A stretch of 25,118 nucleotides of DNA from a bacterium (GCA_963644715.1 CAVIPZ010000002.1:1-25118); one strand, 5' to 3'; numbered from the stretch's first letter, positions 7,102 to 16,511 are shown. Notes: a model not told the origin generated them from the letters alone. Translations and numbers: made by a program.

Positions 7102-7629
7102 TTACCTTTTCAGGATTGTAAACAATAAATAACCGATGACGCAAAGGGTGCAGATGTATGAGAGAGCAAGCGAAAATGTAGAGAAAATTAAGGATAGACA
7201 AAGGATTGGCAGCACAATATAGGCTAATTTTTTCTTTTCTGTCAGACTTGCCCAGACATATTTCATCTTTGTCTTGAAATTTGCCCAATTGTTCTTGCCT
7301 CCGTTGCGCTTTGCCCCTTTGTACCCTGTATAATCGTCATAGTCGTTTTCGGTCTTCGGCTTTTTTGCACGCTTTACGCGCACGCCAACGGATTTGTAGT
7401 ATGTTTTGCCATCATTTGTGGCGCTGATTACCAGTTGCGTTTTGCCGCTTGACCGGTTGAGCCGGAACTTCTTTGACCCGATCGGTTCCACCGTCTGCGT
7501 TATCGTCTTAAATCCGTTGTCTATCGTAAACTGCACTAATTCGGCGTTTGTACACGACCATGTTACCTCTACGACTTCGCCTTCCGCTACACGTTGTTTG
7601 TCTGCCTTGAACTCAATTTTGGGCTTCAT
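7102..7629 (-). CDS. Hypothetical membrane protein (N-terminal beta-rich Ig-like domain, basic linker, C-terminal TM hairpin)
   Basis: 175-aa ORF filling the gap; alternating beta-strand pattern in the first ~87 aa; hydrophobic C-terminal ~40 aa; no signal peptide. Confidence 0.7.
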   Translation of the reverse strand: MKPKIEFKADKQRVAEGEVVEVTWSCTNAELVQFTIDNGFKTITQTVEPIGSKKFRLNRSSGKTQLVISATNDGKTYYKSVGVRVKRAKKPKTENDYDDYTGYKGAKRNGGKNNWANFKTKMKYVWASLTEKKKLAYIVLPILCLSLIFSTFSLALSYICTLCVIGYLLFTILKR

Positions 7630-7655
7630 ATAAAAAAGATTAGCAGCAGGTTATC

Positions 7656-7672
7656 TGCAAATAACGTGCCAA
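7656..7672 (-). promoter_or_regulatory. Sigma-54 (RpoN) -24/-12 promoter
   Basis: Minus strand reads TTGGCACG-TTAT-TTGCA, an exact match to TGGCACG-N4-TTGCW, 26 nt upstream of ATG 7629. Confidence 0.8.
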
Positions 7673-7728
7673 CATTGGCTGTGTCACTATGTTACAGATT
7701 TTGGACAATGATTGCCGTCTGTTATTTG

Positions 7729-10338
7729 TCATTTCTGTTTCTTTTTGCCTGTGATAAGTTGCTGAATTTCATTCAGTTTGTTCAAAGCATCAACCGGAGT
7801 TAAGGCATTGATGTCCAAACCGACAATCAGGTCTTTCACCTCCAGCAGCAACGGGTCATCGAGGTTGATGAAGCTGAGCTGGTAGCCGGCTGCGTGCTTT
7901 TCAATGCTTTTGTGTTCCTCTTGGCCGCTTCGCGATTGCTCCAGTTGTTTCAGTATCTCATTAGCGCGGGCAAGCACTTTTTCAGGCATGCCGGCCATTC
8001 GTGCCACATGTATGCCGAAACTGTGTTCGCTGCCGCCAGGCTCGAGTTTGCGCATAAAGAATATCTTGTTGTCAACCTCTTTGACGGACACATGGAAGTT
8101 CTTTATCCGGCTGAACTGCGCAGCCATGTCGTTAAGTTCATGATAATGGGTGGCAAACAGTACTTTGGCGTGATAATAGGGGGTCTCGTGCAGGTATTCT
8201 GCAATTGACCAGGCAATAGAAACGCCGTCGTACGTGCTGGTGCCGCGTCCGATTTCATCGAGCAGAATCAGACTTCGTGCCGAGATGTTGTTCAAGATGC
8301 TGGCGGTTTCGTTCATTTCGACCATAAAGGTAGATTCACCGGTAGAAATGTTGTCGGATGCCCCTACGCGGGTGAAGATTTTGTCGATGATTCCGATCTC
8401 TGCGGAATGTGCAGGCACAAAGCAGCCCATTTGACCCATCAACACAATCAGGGCAGTCTGGCGGAGCAATGCCGACTTTCCAGACATATTGGGTCCTGTT
8501 ATGATGATAATCTGCTGTTTCTCATTGTCGAGATATACATCGTTGGCTACATATTGCTCGCCTGGCGGCAGTTGCTTTTCAATGACAGGATGCCGTCCGT
8601 TGCAAATCTTTAATGCCGTGCCTTCGTTGATGTCAGGTTTTACATAATTGTTCTCTTTAGATACATCTGCAAAGCACAGCAGTACGTCAAGTCGGGCGAT
8701 TAACCGCGCGTCAATCTGTATCAACGAGATATAGTCCAACAAACTTCCAGTCAGTTCGTTGTATAATTTTGCCTCAATTTCGAGCATTCTGTCTTGAGCT
8801 CCGAGTATTTTGGCCTCTATCCCCTTGAGTTCCTCTGTAATGTAGCGTTCCCCGTTTGATAGCGTCTGTTTGCGGATCCAGTCGGCAGGCACTTTGTTTT
8901 TGTGGAGATTGGTGACCTCAAGATAGTAACCGAAAACATTGTTGAACCCGATTTTCAGAGAGGATATGCCGGTTTTTTCAGCTTCTCTATGTTGTATTTG
9001 CGCCAATACGTCTCTGCTGTTTCCGGCCAGGTCTGAAAGTTCATCCAGTTCGCTGTTGACACCGTGTTTGAACACCCCACCTTTGCTGACAACGACAGGA
9101 GGGTCTTCTTGTATTTCGTTTTCAATGCGTTGGCAGATGAGCAGGCAAGGGTTCAACTGTTCCGCAATTTTGTTGAGAGCAGGGTGTTTGGTGCGTCGGC
9201 ATGCGGATTGCACGCACGCTACGGCACGCAAGGCCCGTGCCAGTTGCAGTGCCTCGCGCGGGTTGATTTTGCTGGCAGCAATTTTGGAAACCATACGTTC
9301 CAAATCGCCCATTCGCCGCAAGGTGCTCCGGAGTTCAGCCAACAATTCCTCCTCCTGTATGAAATAGTCCACCACAGAAAGCCGTTCGTCGATGAATACC
9401 TTTTCTTTCAGCGGCATAAGGATCCATTTCCGAAGCATACGTGAACCCATCGGGGTTTGTGTATGGTCGAGTACTTGCATCAGCGTGACGGCATTCTCGT
9501 TAGGTGTTTGTACCAGTTCGAGGTTCCGTATGGTGAACTTGTCGAGCCACACATAGTGCTCCTCTTCAATTCGGTTTATCTTGCTGATATGCTGAATTCT
9601 GTGGTTTTGGGTTTCGTAAAGGTACTGCAAGGCTGCCCCGGCGGCTATGATGCCGACGGTAAGGTTCTCAACCCCGAAACCTTTCAGAGAGGTGGTTTTG
9701 AAATGCTTGGTCAGCAAATCGTAGGCAAAGTCGGGCATAAAAACCCAGTCGTCTAAGGTGGTGAGCAGCATCTTTTCGCCGAAATGCTGCTTGAAAAGTT
9801 CCGTCTTCCCTTTCTGGATGACCAGTTCCGCGGGTTTGAAATTCTGGAAAAGTTTGTCGATGTATTCGTAGTCACCCTCCGACATATAGAACTCGCCCGT
9901 GGAGATATCTACAAATGCGATGCCGCAAACCTTGTCAGAGAACTGAATGGCTGCAAGAAAATTGTTCTCGCGTTGTTCAAGCACTTTATCATTGATAGAC
10001 ACACCAGGGGTCACCATCTCCGTAATGCCTCGTTTTACCAGCGTCTTGGTGAGTTTCGGGTCTTCCAACTGTTCACAGATGGCCACCCGCAGTCCCGCCC
10101 GCACTAACTTGGGCAAATAAACGTCAAGTGCATGGTAGGGGAAGCCGGCAAGCTCGGTCTGTGACTGGTTTTTGCCGTGCTTTGTCAAGGTTATCCCCAA
10201 TATTTTAGAGGAAATGACCGCGTCTTTGCCGTATGTTTCATAAAAGTCACCCACTCGGAACAGCAATATGGCATCGGGATGTTGCGCCTTGAACTTGTTG
10301 TACTGTTTCATCAAAGGGGTCTCTGCACTTTTTTCCAT
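7729..10338 (-). CDS. mutS: DNA mismatch repair protein MutS
   Basis: TPLMKQY, FRVGDFYE, ITGPNMSGKS, STFMVEM, DEIGRGTST, FATHYHEL, SFGIHVA. Confidence 0.98.
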   Translation of the reverse strand: MEKSAETPLMKQYNKFKAQHPDAILLFRVGDFYETYGKDAVISSKILGITLTKHGKNQSQTELAGFPYHALDVYLPKLVRAGLRVAICEQLEDPKLTKTLVKRGITEMVTPGVSINDKVLEQRENNFLAAIQFSDKVCGIAFVDISTGEFYMSEGDYEYIDKLFQNFKPAELVIQKGKTELFKQHFGEKMLLTTLDDWVFMPDFAYDLLTKHFKTTSLKGFGVENLTVGIIAAGAALQYLYETQNHRIQHISKINRIEEEHYVWLDKFTIRNLELVQTPNENAVTLMQVLDHTQTPMGSRMLRKWILMPLKEKVFIDERLSVVDYFIQEEELLAELRSTLRRMGDLERMVSKIAASKINPREALQLARALRAVACVQSACRRTKHPALNKIAEQLNPCLLICQRIENEIQEDPPVVVSKGGVFKHGVNSELDELSDLAGNSRDVLAQIQHREAEKTGISSLKIGFNNVFGYYLEVTNLHKNKVPADWIRKQTLSNGERYITEELKGIEAKILGAQDRMLEIEAKLYNELTGSLLDYISLIQIDARLIARLDVLLCFADVSKENNYVKPDINEGTALKICNGRHPVIEKQLPPGEQYVANDVYLDNEKQQIIIITGPNMSGKSALLRQTALIVLMGQMGCFVPAHSAEIGIIDKIFTRVGASDNISTGESTFMVEMNETASILNNISARSLILLDEIGRGTSTYDGVSIAWSIAEYLHETPYYHAKVLFATHYHELNDMAAQFSRIKNFHVSVKEVDNKIFFMRKLEPGGSEHSFGIHVARMAGMPEKVLARANEILKQLEQSRSGQEEHKSIEKHAAGYQLSFINLDDPLLLEVKDLIVGLDINALTPVDALNKLNEIQQLITGKKKQK

Positions 10339-10359
10339 TTCAAATTTTTAAAAAGTTGA

Positions 10360-10391
10360 CAAAAATACAAAAAAAGCTTTTTGTATTTTTG
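10360..10391. promoter_or_regulatory. Back-to-back -7 promoter boxes for mutS (-) and gmk (+), forming a 14-bp inverted repeat
   Basis: caaaaatacaaaaa-aagc-tttttgtatttttg; boxes at 10360-10367 (-) and 10384-10391 (+). Confidence 0.7.
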
Positions 10392-10410
10392 CGCCTCTAA
10401 ACAAGGTTCT

Positions 10411-10977
10411 ATGAAAGGAAAAGTCATTATTGTCTCTGCTCCGTCGGGTGCCGGCAAGACCTCCATCGTCAGGCATCTGCTGACAGAGGTGCCCCAACTT
10501 CAGTTCTCGGTCTCTGCAACAACCCGAGCCAGACGCGATTACGAAACCGACGGAAAGGATTACTATTTCATCACAACGGAACAATTCAAACAACGCCTTC
10601 AACGCGACGAGTTTCTGGAGTGGCAAGAGGTCTATCGCGACCAGTTCTACGGTTCCCTGAAATGTGAAGTGGAACGCATCTGGGAAAACGGCCAAACGGT
10701 CATTTTTGATGTGGATGTCTTGGGCGGATTGAATATCAAGAAGTTCTATGGTGACAAGGCTCTTTCCATTTTCATCAAACCCCCGACGATAGCGGAACTT
10801 GAGCGGCGACTTAACAATCGCGGCACAGAGACATCCGAGACGTTGGCAAAACGTTTAGACAAAGCCGAATACGAATTGTCGTTTGCGGAACAGTTTGACG
10901 TTTCAGTGCTCAACGATGACCTTACGCGCGCACAGAACGAAATGGTTGTTATCGTAAAACGTTTTCTTGAACAATAA
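10411..10977 (+). CDS. gmk: Guanylate kinase
   Basis: ATG 10411 MKGKVIIVSAPSGAGKTS; SVSATTR, DGKDYYF, FLEWQEVY, DVDVLGG, RGTET. Confidence 0.96.
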   Translation: MKGKVIIVSAPSGAGKTSIVRHLLTEVPQLQFSVSATTRARRDYETDGKDYYFITTEQFKQRLQRDEFLEWQEVYRDQFYGSLKCEVERIWENGQTVIFDVDVLGGLNIKKFYGDKALSIFIKPPTIAELERRLNNRGTETSETLAKRLDKAEYELSFAEQFDVSVLNDDLTRAQNEMVVIVKRFLEQ

Positions 10978-10984
10978 AGGAAAG

Positions 10985-11788
10985 ATGGAAAAACTGATCG
11001 ACTATCAAAATCTTTGCCACGAGGTGGCAACCCTTGCTGCCCAAACAGGACGTTGGCTGCGCAACGAACGTCAAAACATCTCCTCTGTCGAGGTTGATGT
11101 GAAAGGTGTCCACGATTATGTCACAAAGTTCGACAAACAATCTGAAGCCACTATCGTGAAACGGCTGAAAGAGCTGTTGCCCGAGGCTGGTTTCATAGCG
11201 GAAGAAAAGACGGAAACGTTTCTTGCCGACCATTACAACTGGATTGTCGATCCGCTTGACGGCACAACCAATTTCATACACGGACTTCCGCCTACAGCCA
11301 TCAGTATCGCATTAAAGGAAGATGAGCATATTGCAGTGGGTGTTGTATATGAAATAGGGCGCGATGAGTGTTTTTATGCTTATAAAGGCAGCGATGCCTA
11401 TATGAACGGAAAGCAGATACACGTTTCGGCATGCCCGAATCTGAATGCATCGCTCTTGGCAACAGGTTTCCCCTATACTGACTTTTCCATTTTGAAACCC
11501 TTTATGGCTTATATGGAATGGTCGATGCAGCACACGCACGGCTTGCGCCGGTTGGGGTCTGCGGCCACCGACCTTGTCTATGTGGCCTGTGGAAGATGTG
11601 ACGGCTATTTTGAGTACGGCATGAAACCTTACGATGTGGCAGCGGGCGCTTTTATTGTGCAGCAGGCAGGCGGAAAGGTGTCTGACTTTTCAGGTGGCGA
11701 CAATTGGCTCTTCGGCGGCGAGATCGTAGCATCCGGGCCAGTGCTATTTCCGGAATTTCAGCAGTCCGTCTCCCGCTTTATGAAATAA
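10985..11788 (+). CDS. suhB: Inositol monophosphatase family protein (SuhB-like)
   Basis: DYVTKFDK, AEE, WIVDPLDGTTNFIHG, RRLGSAATDL, YDVAAG. Confidence 0.88.
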   Translation: MEKLIDYQNLCHEVATLAAQTGRWLRNERQNISSVEVDVKGVHDYVTKFDKQSEATIVKRLKELLPEAGFIAEEKTETFLADHYNWIVDPLDGTTNFIHGLPPTAISIALKEDEHIAVGVVYEIGRDECFYAYKGSDAYMNGKQIHVSACPNLNASLLATGFPYTDFSILKPFMAYMEWSMQHTHGLRRLGSAATDLVYVACGRCDGYFEYGMKPYDVAAGAFIVQQAGGKVSDFSGGDNWLFGGEIVASGPVLFPEFQQSVSRFMK

Positions 11789-11799
11789 CCCGGTCACAG

Positions 11800-12906
11800 A
11801 TGAAAAACATAGCCATTATAGGTGCGGGGGCGGCTGGACTGTTCCTTTGTCGGAAACTTTCTGGCAAAAGAGACCTGCAAGTCTATGTTTTTGAGCGGTG
11901 TCAGCAACCCGGCACAAAAGTGCGGGCGTCCGGCGGCGGCAGAGCCAACATATTCAATACGTCAGTTACGCCTGATTGCTATAACAGGCCGGAGTTTATG
12001 GCGAGCATGTTGCAAAAAGTGTCTCCCGTAACGCTACGAAATGAGTTTTCGGAAATGGGTCTTTTGATGGCAGCAGATGAGGAGGGGCGCGTCTATCCGA
12101 TGTCGTTGTCGTCAAAAACAGTTGTTGATGTATTGTTGGAGACCCTCGACAATATCCATCACGAGTTTGGCTACGAAGTCAGATCCCTTTACCGCAAAAG
12201 CGGAAAATGGCATGTGAACGATTATCCGGTTGCATTTGACAATGTGGTGCTGGCATCAGGGTCGGCTGCCAATATTTTGCCGGCGCTGCAAGAGTGTTGC
12301 AGCCGTTTTCTGCAGCCATTGCAGTTGAAAACGGTGCCGCAGTGCCCGTCGTTGGTCGGTTTTGTCATCAACAGGTATCCGAAGATGCTGTCAGGATGCC
12401 GTGCGCGTGCAATGGTTTCGCTGTTCCACGACGACAGGCTCGTGCATCAGGAAGCCGGCGAGGTGATGTTTAAAGAGGACGGTGTCTCCGGAATTGTGAT
12501 TTTGAACCTTTCTGCCTATTACAACAGGCTGGAAAGTCACAACAGCTGTTATCTCCTGTTGGATTTCGTTTATCAAGACGAACATTTTGACACAAAAGCG
12601 CATTTGCGCCGTTTCCATTCTTTTAAAGGCGTATTGCACCCGAAACTTTGCGCCTTGTATGACAAAACGCCTTTTGACCCTCGCAGGTTCAGACTGGACA
12701 TAAACGGAACCTACGACTTGTCGTTGGCGCAGGTGTGCCATGGCGGTGTCGATTTGTGCGAAATCAATGAGGATTTTTCATTGAAACGTTATCCTGAACT
12801 ATATGCTGCCGGTGAGTTGCTTGATGTAGATGGAATATGCGGCGGTTACAATCTGTTTTTCGCTTTTGCTTCCGCTTTAGTCGTGGCTCAATCCATAATG
12901 GTATAG
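11800..12906 (+). CDS. HI0933/YhiN/BaiN-family FAD-dependent oxidoreductase (divergent)
   Basis: ATG 11800 MKNIAIIGAGAAG; SGGGRAN, EEGRVYP, GEVMFKEDGVSG, AQVCHGGV, GELLDVDGICGGYNL. Confidence 0.85.
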   Translation: MKNIAIIGAGAAGLFLCRKLSGKRDLQVYVFERCQQPGTKVRASGGGRANIFNTSVTPDCYNRPEFMASMLQKVSPVTLRNEFSEMGLLMAADEEGRVYPMSLSSKTVVDVLLETLDNIHHEFGYEVRSLYRKSGKWHVNDYPVAFDNVVLASGSAANILPALQECCSRFLQPLQLKTVPQCPSLVGFVINRYPKMLSGCRARAMVSLFHDDRLVHQEAGEVMFKEDGVSGIVILNLSAYYNRLESHNSCYLLLDFVYQDEHFDTKAHLRRFHSFKGVLHPKLCALYDKTPFDPRRFRLDINGTYDLSLAQVCHGGVDLCEINEDFSLKRYPELYAAGELLDVDGICGGYNLFFAFASALVVAQSIMV

Positions 12907-13956
12907 TCCTATCAGGTCTGTGGCGGCTTTATAGGGGGAGATTTGTTTATTGCGCACTATCGGGAGCAGGCGTTCCATTTCGGCTTTTATCTTTCCATCA
13001 TTGTAAAAGCCGTTTTGCAATGAATAGTTGATCCAGTTGTGGAAGATATTGACAAGCTGTTCTGTTCTGTTGTGTTCAAAAAAGCCATTCTCCTTGGTCA
13101 TTTTCACATAATCCTGAATCAGCGACCAGACGGTATCGATGGCAAAGCCCTCCAAGGCGGAGCATATTTCAACAGGCACGGTCCATTGGCTTTCGTTGCG
13201 CGGGAAAAGTTTAAGCGCTGCTCTGTATTGTATTTGGGCTTGCAGGGCAGAAGGCTTGTTGTTGCCGTCGGCCTTGTTGATGAGCAGGCAGTCAGCCATT
13301 TCCATGATGCCTCTTTTGATGCCTTGCAGTTCATCGCCCGCGCCGGCAAGCATTAGCAGGAGAAAAAAATCGACCATCGATTTGACAACGGTTTCAGATT
13401 GTCCCACACCTACGGTTTCCACTAAAATAATGTCAAAACCGGCAGCTTCGCAAAGTATTATTGTCTCGCGGGTTTTGCGGGCCACGCCGCCCAAGGTGTT
13501 TCCGGAGGGCGAAGGGCGGATAAAGGCGTTGTCATCTACAGACAGCGATTCCATACGGGTTTTGTCGCCCAAAATGCTTCCTTTTGAACGTTCGCTGCTC
13601 GGGTCAATGGCCAAAACTGCCAATTTATGTCCCTGTTTAGTGAGCAGTTTGCCAAACGTTTCAATAAAGGTGCTTTTGCCGACCCCCGGAACGCCCGTGA
13701 TGCCGATGCGCAAAGAGTTGCCCGAATGGGGGAGGCAACGTTCTATGATGTCTTGCGCCATTTGGAAATGGTCAGGATTTTCGCTCTCTACCATTGTGAT
13801 GGCACGGCTCAAAATCATCCGGTTCCCGGAACGGATGCCCGTGACAAAATCTTCCAGATTCAGCTCTTTCCGTTTGCGTTTTGCCAGATGGGGATTGACG
13901 GAATGAGGCTGCTCAATGCCGGGACGCTCTGACAATGCTGTCTGAAAATTGCCCAT
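12877..13956 (-). CDS. meaB: Methylmalonyl-CoA mutase-associated GTPase MeaB
   Basis: RIGITGVPGVGKST, AIDPSS, GSILGDKTRM, ETVGVGQSE, GDELQGIKRGIMEMAD, NKADG. Confidence 0.95.
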   Translation of the reverse strand: MGNFQTALSERPGIEQPHSVNPHLAKRKRKELNLEDFVTGIRSGNRMILSRAITMVESENPDHFQMAQDIIERCLPHSGNSLRIGITGVPGVGKSTFIETFGKLLTKQGHKLAVLAIDPSSERSKGSILGDKTRMESLSVDDNAFIRPSPSGNTLGGVARKTRETIILCEAAGFDIILVETVGVGQSETVVKSMVDFFLLLMLAGAGDELQGIKRGIMEMADCLLINKADGNNKPSALQAQIQYRAALKLFPRNESQWTVPVEICSALEGFAIDTVWSLIQDYVKMTKENGFFEHNRTEQLVNIFHNWINYSLQNGFYNDGKIKAEMERLLPIVRNKQISPYKAATDLIGLYHYGLSHD

Positions 13957-13996
13957 AGTGCTGATTCTTCATAGGTTGCGGAAAATGATAATGCGT

Positions 13997-16441
13997 TTAG
14001 TCAAGATGATTCTTCAGTCGGTCTTCACCTCCGAAATTGAAATATACGGCCTCTTTCATCGAGGAGAAGTAGTGGAAGTTCATTCCATCGATGAAATTCT
14101 CTTTGATGTCGTCGATGTCAGGCTTGTTTTCATCTGACATTACGATGTCAAAGATGCCGCAGCGTTTTGCGGCCAGAATCTTCTCCTTGATTCCGCCTAC
14201 GGGAAGCAATTTCCCGCGCAGCGTAATTTCGCCGGTCATAGCCACTTTGTCACGCACCGTTTTTTTTGTGAAAGCCGACACAAGGGCAGTCAGGATTGTA
14301 ATGCCGGCCGAAGGCCCGTCTTTCGGGGTGGCGCCTTCAGGCACGTGAACGTGTACTTTTGTCTGCTCAAATACGCTCGGGTCAATGCCGTAGTCTTCTG
14401 CATGGGCACGGAGAAATTCGTAGGCTATAGTGACGGATTCTTTCATCACATCGCCCAGGTTGCCGGTCATCGTGAAACCCTCTTTGCCGCGTGAAGCGAG
14501 CACCTCAACAAAAAGGATTTCTCCGCCTACGGCGGTCCATGCCAGCCCTGTGGCCACGCCGGGCACTGAATTGTCGAAAGCCTTTTCCAATTGGAAAATC
14601 GGCGATCCGAGCAACCCTTTCAAGTCTGAAGGTTTCACTTTCTTCTCGGTTTTGCCGTTTTGCACCAATTCGGCAGCGCGTTTGCGTATGACCTTGGCCA
14701 ACACACGTTCCAGCGTGCGGACACCGGCTTCGCGTGTGTATTCGTTGATGATCGTCTTGACGGTGTCGTCCTGTATTTGGAGGTTTTGTTTGGTCAAGCC
14801 ATTCTCGTTCAGCTGTTTAGGCACGAGATGGCGTTTTGCGATTTCCAGTTTTTCTTCTGCCAGATAGCCAGGGATGTCAATGATTTCCATTCTGTCGAGC
14901 AGGGCAGGGTGTACATTGTTGAGGTTGTTGGCGGTAGCGATAAACAACACCCTCGACAGGTCAAAAGAGGTTTCCAGATAATTGTCGTAAAAGGCATTGT
15001 TCTGTTCTGGATCCATCACCTCAAGCAAGGCGGCAGAGGGGTCGCCTTGAACGTTCATGCCCGAAATCTTGTCGATTTCGTCCAGCACGAACACGGGATT
15101 GGCATAGCCGGCCTTGCGCATGTTTTGGATGATGCGGCCGGGCATAGCGCCGATATAGGTTTTGCGATGACCTCGTATTTCAGATTCGTCGCGCAGACCG
15201 CCTAACGACATTCGCACATACTTGCGTCCTAAAGCGGCGGCGACAGATTTCCCGAGCGAGGTTTTGCCTACGCCCGGAGGCCCGGCAAGGCAGAGAATCG
15301 GCGATTTCATGTCGCCTTTCAATTTCAAGACAGCCAGATACTCAATGATGCGTTCTTTGACTTTGTCTAGGCCGTAGTGGTCTTTGTCAAGTGTCTTGCG
15401 GGCTTTGTCAAGGTTGAAGTTGTCTTTGCTGTATTCGTTCCAGGGCAGTTCGACAAAGAGTTCCAAATAGTTGAGTTGCACGGAATAGTCTGGCGACATC
15501 GGGTTGGTGCGCTGCAGTTTGTCGAGTTCTTTCTTGAAAATGTCGGCGGTATCCGCGTTCCATTTCTTCTTGGCCGCCTTTTGTTTGAGTTCAGCGTAGT
15601 CTTTTTCGGCCGGAGTGCCGCCCAGTTCTTCCTGAATGGTCTTCATTTGCTGGTTGAGGAAATACTCGCGCTGCTGTTTGTCCATCTCTTGCCGCGACTT
15701 GTCTTGTATCTGGTTCTTGAGTTCTACCATCTGAAGGTCGCGGTGAAGCAGACGGAGTGTCCTTTTGGCTCTTTCGACAATGTCTGCCATTTCAAGAATC
15801 TCTTGTTTTTCCTTGGTGGAAACCGAAAGGCTTGAGGCCAGGAAATTGAGCAGGAAAACGTGGCTTTCGATATTTTTGAGGGCAAACGAAGCCTCCCGTG
15901 GCGCATTGTTTGAGAGTTTCAGCATACGACTTGCGGTGTCACGTGTCGTTGAGATGAGTGCTTTGAAATTCTCGTCGTTTATGACATCGGGGTCGAAATC
16001 GTTAGACTCAAATGGCTTGACGGTGCATTTGAAGTAGGGGTCTGTCTGCGTCATTTCTTGAAGCACAAAGCGGCGAACCCCCTGCACAATAATCGTCACG
16101 CCGCCGTCGGGCATTGTGATGTATTTGAGAATATGAGCCAGTGTTCCCACCTGGTAAAGGTCGTCAATGGTCGGCTCTTCCACTTCGTTCACACGCTGGG
16201 CCACCACGCCGATAGGCTCGCTGCTGCGCGAGTAGTCTTGCGCCAGCCGGATGGACTTTGTTCTTCCGACGTTTATGGGAATGACCATCCCCGGGAAAAG
16301 CAGCGTGTTGCGCAACGGCAACAGGGCAACCTCCTCTGGCAAGGCTTCTTCTTTCAGCCTTTTTTCGTCGTCAAGGGAAAACAATGGAATGAAGTTGGTG
16401 TCGCTATTCATAAATTCATCCAGTAATGATAGGTCTTTCAT
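13997..16441 (-). CDS. lon: ATP-dependent protease La (Lon)
   Basis: LPLRNTLLFPG N-domain, GPPGVGKTS, GHRKTYIGAMPG, LDEIDK, PKDGPSAG, GGIKEK. Confidence 0.98.
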   Translation of the reverse strand: MKDLSLLDEFMNSDTNFIPLFSLDDEKRLKEEALPEEVALLPLRNTLLFPGMVIPINVGRTKSIRLAQDYSRSSEPIGVVAQRVNEVEEPTIDDLYQVGTLAHILKYITMPDGGVTIIVQGVRRFVLQEMTQTDPYFKCTVKPFESNDFDPDVINDENFKALISTTRDTASRMLKLSNNAPREASFALKNIESHVFLLNFLASSLSVSTKEKQEILEMADIVERAKRTLRLLHRDLQMVELKNQIQDKSRQEMDKQQREYFLNQQMKTIQEELGGTPAEKDYAELKQKAAKKKWNADTADIFKKELDKLQRTNPMSPDYSVQLNYLELFVELPWNEYSKDNFNLDKARKTLDKDHYGLDKVKERIIEYLAVLKLKGDMKSPILCLAGPPGVGKTSLGKSVAAALGRKYVRMSLGGLRDESEIRGHRKTYIGAMPGRIIQNMRKAGYANPVFVLDEIDKISGMNVQGDPSAALLEVMDPEQNNAFYDNYLETSFDLSRVLFIATANNLNNVHPALLDRMEIIDIPGYLAEEKLEIAKRHLVPKQLNENGLTKQNLQIQDDTVKTIINEYTREAGVRTLERVLAKVIRKRAAELVQNGKTEKKVKPSDLKGLLGSPIFQLEKAFDNSVPGVATGLAWTAVGGEILFVEVLASRGKEGFTMTGNLGDVMKESVTIAYEFLRAHAEDYGIDPSVFEQTKVHVHVPEGATPKDGPSAGITILTALVSAFTKKTVRDKVAMTGEITLRGKLLPVGGIKEKILAAKRCGIFDIVMSDENKPDIDDIKENFIDGMNFHYFSSMKEAVYFNFGGEDRLKNHLD

Positions 16442-16465
16442 GCTGAATTGCTCGTGTTAATACAT

Positions 16466-16503
16466 AAAAAAACTGACCTCCTTTGACAAGCAAAAAAGGT
16501 CAG
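16466..16503 (-). terminator. Intrinsic terminator after rpmE2
   Basis: Minus strand: CTGACCTTTTTTG-CTTGT-CAAAGGAGGTCAG-TTTTTTT; 13-bp stem whose two G.U pairs form only on the minus strand. Confidence 0.75.
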
Positions 16504-16511
16504 CAAAAGTA
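16504..16511 (-). promoter_or_regulatory. Bacteroidota -7 promoter box, probably for lon
   Basis: Minus strand TTTTG-TACTTTTG-C, the same extended context as other promoters in the window. Confidence 0.6.

Noticed and set aside
7073..7132. UGA readthrough restoring the T7 loop of the half-FtsZ
   Set aside because: Readthrough adds only 18 codons (CFRMLYVCDYLFRIVNNK) with no NxDxxD motif and runs into the convergent gene.
6337..7728. Integrated island at the tRNA-Trp 3' end
   Set aside because: No integrase and no duplicated tRNA 3' end (att site) found by eye; composition is only modestly AT-richer.
13139..13906. 255-aa + strand ORF
   Set aside because: Antisense shadow of meaB; no recognisable motifs.
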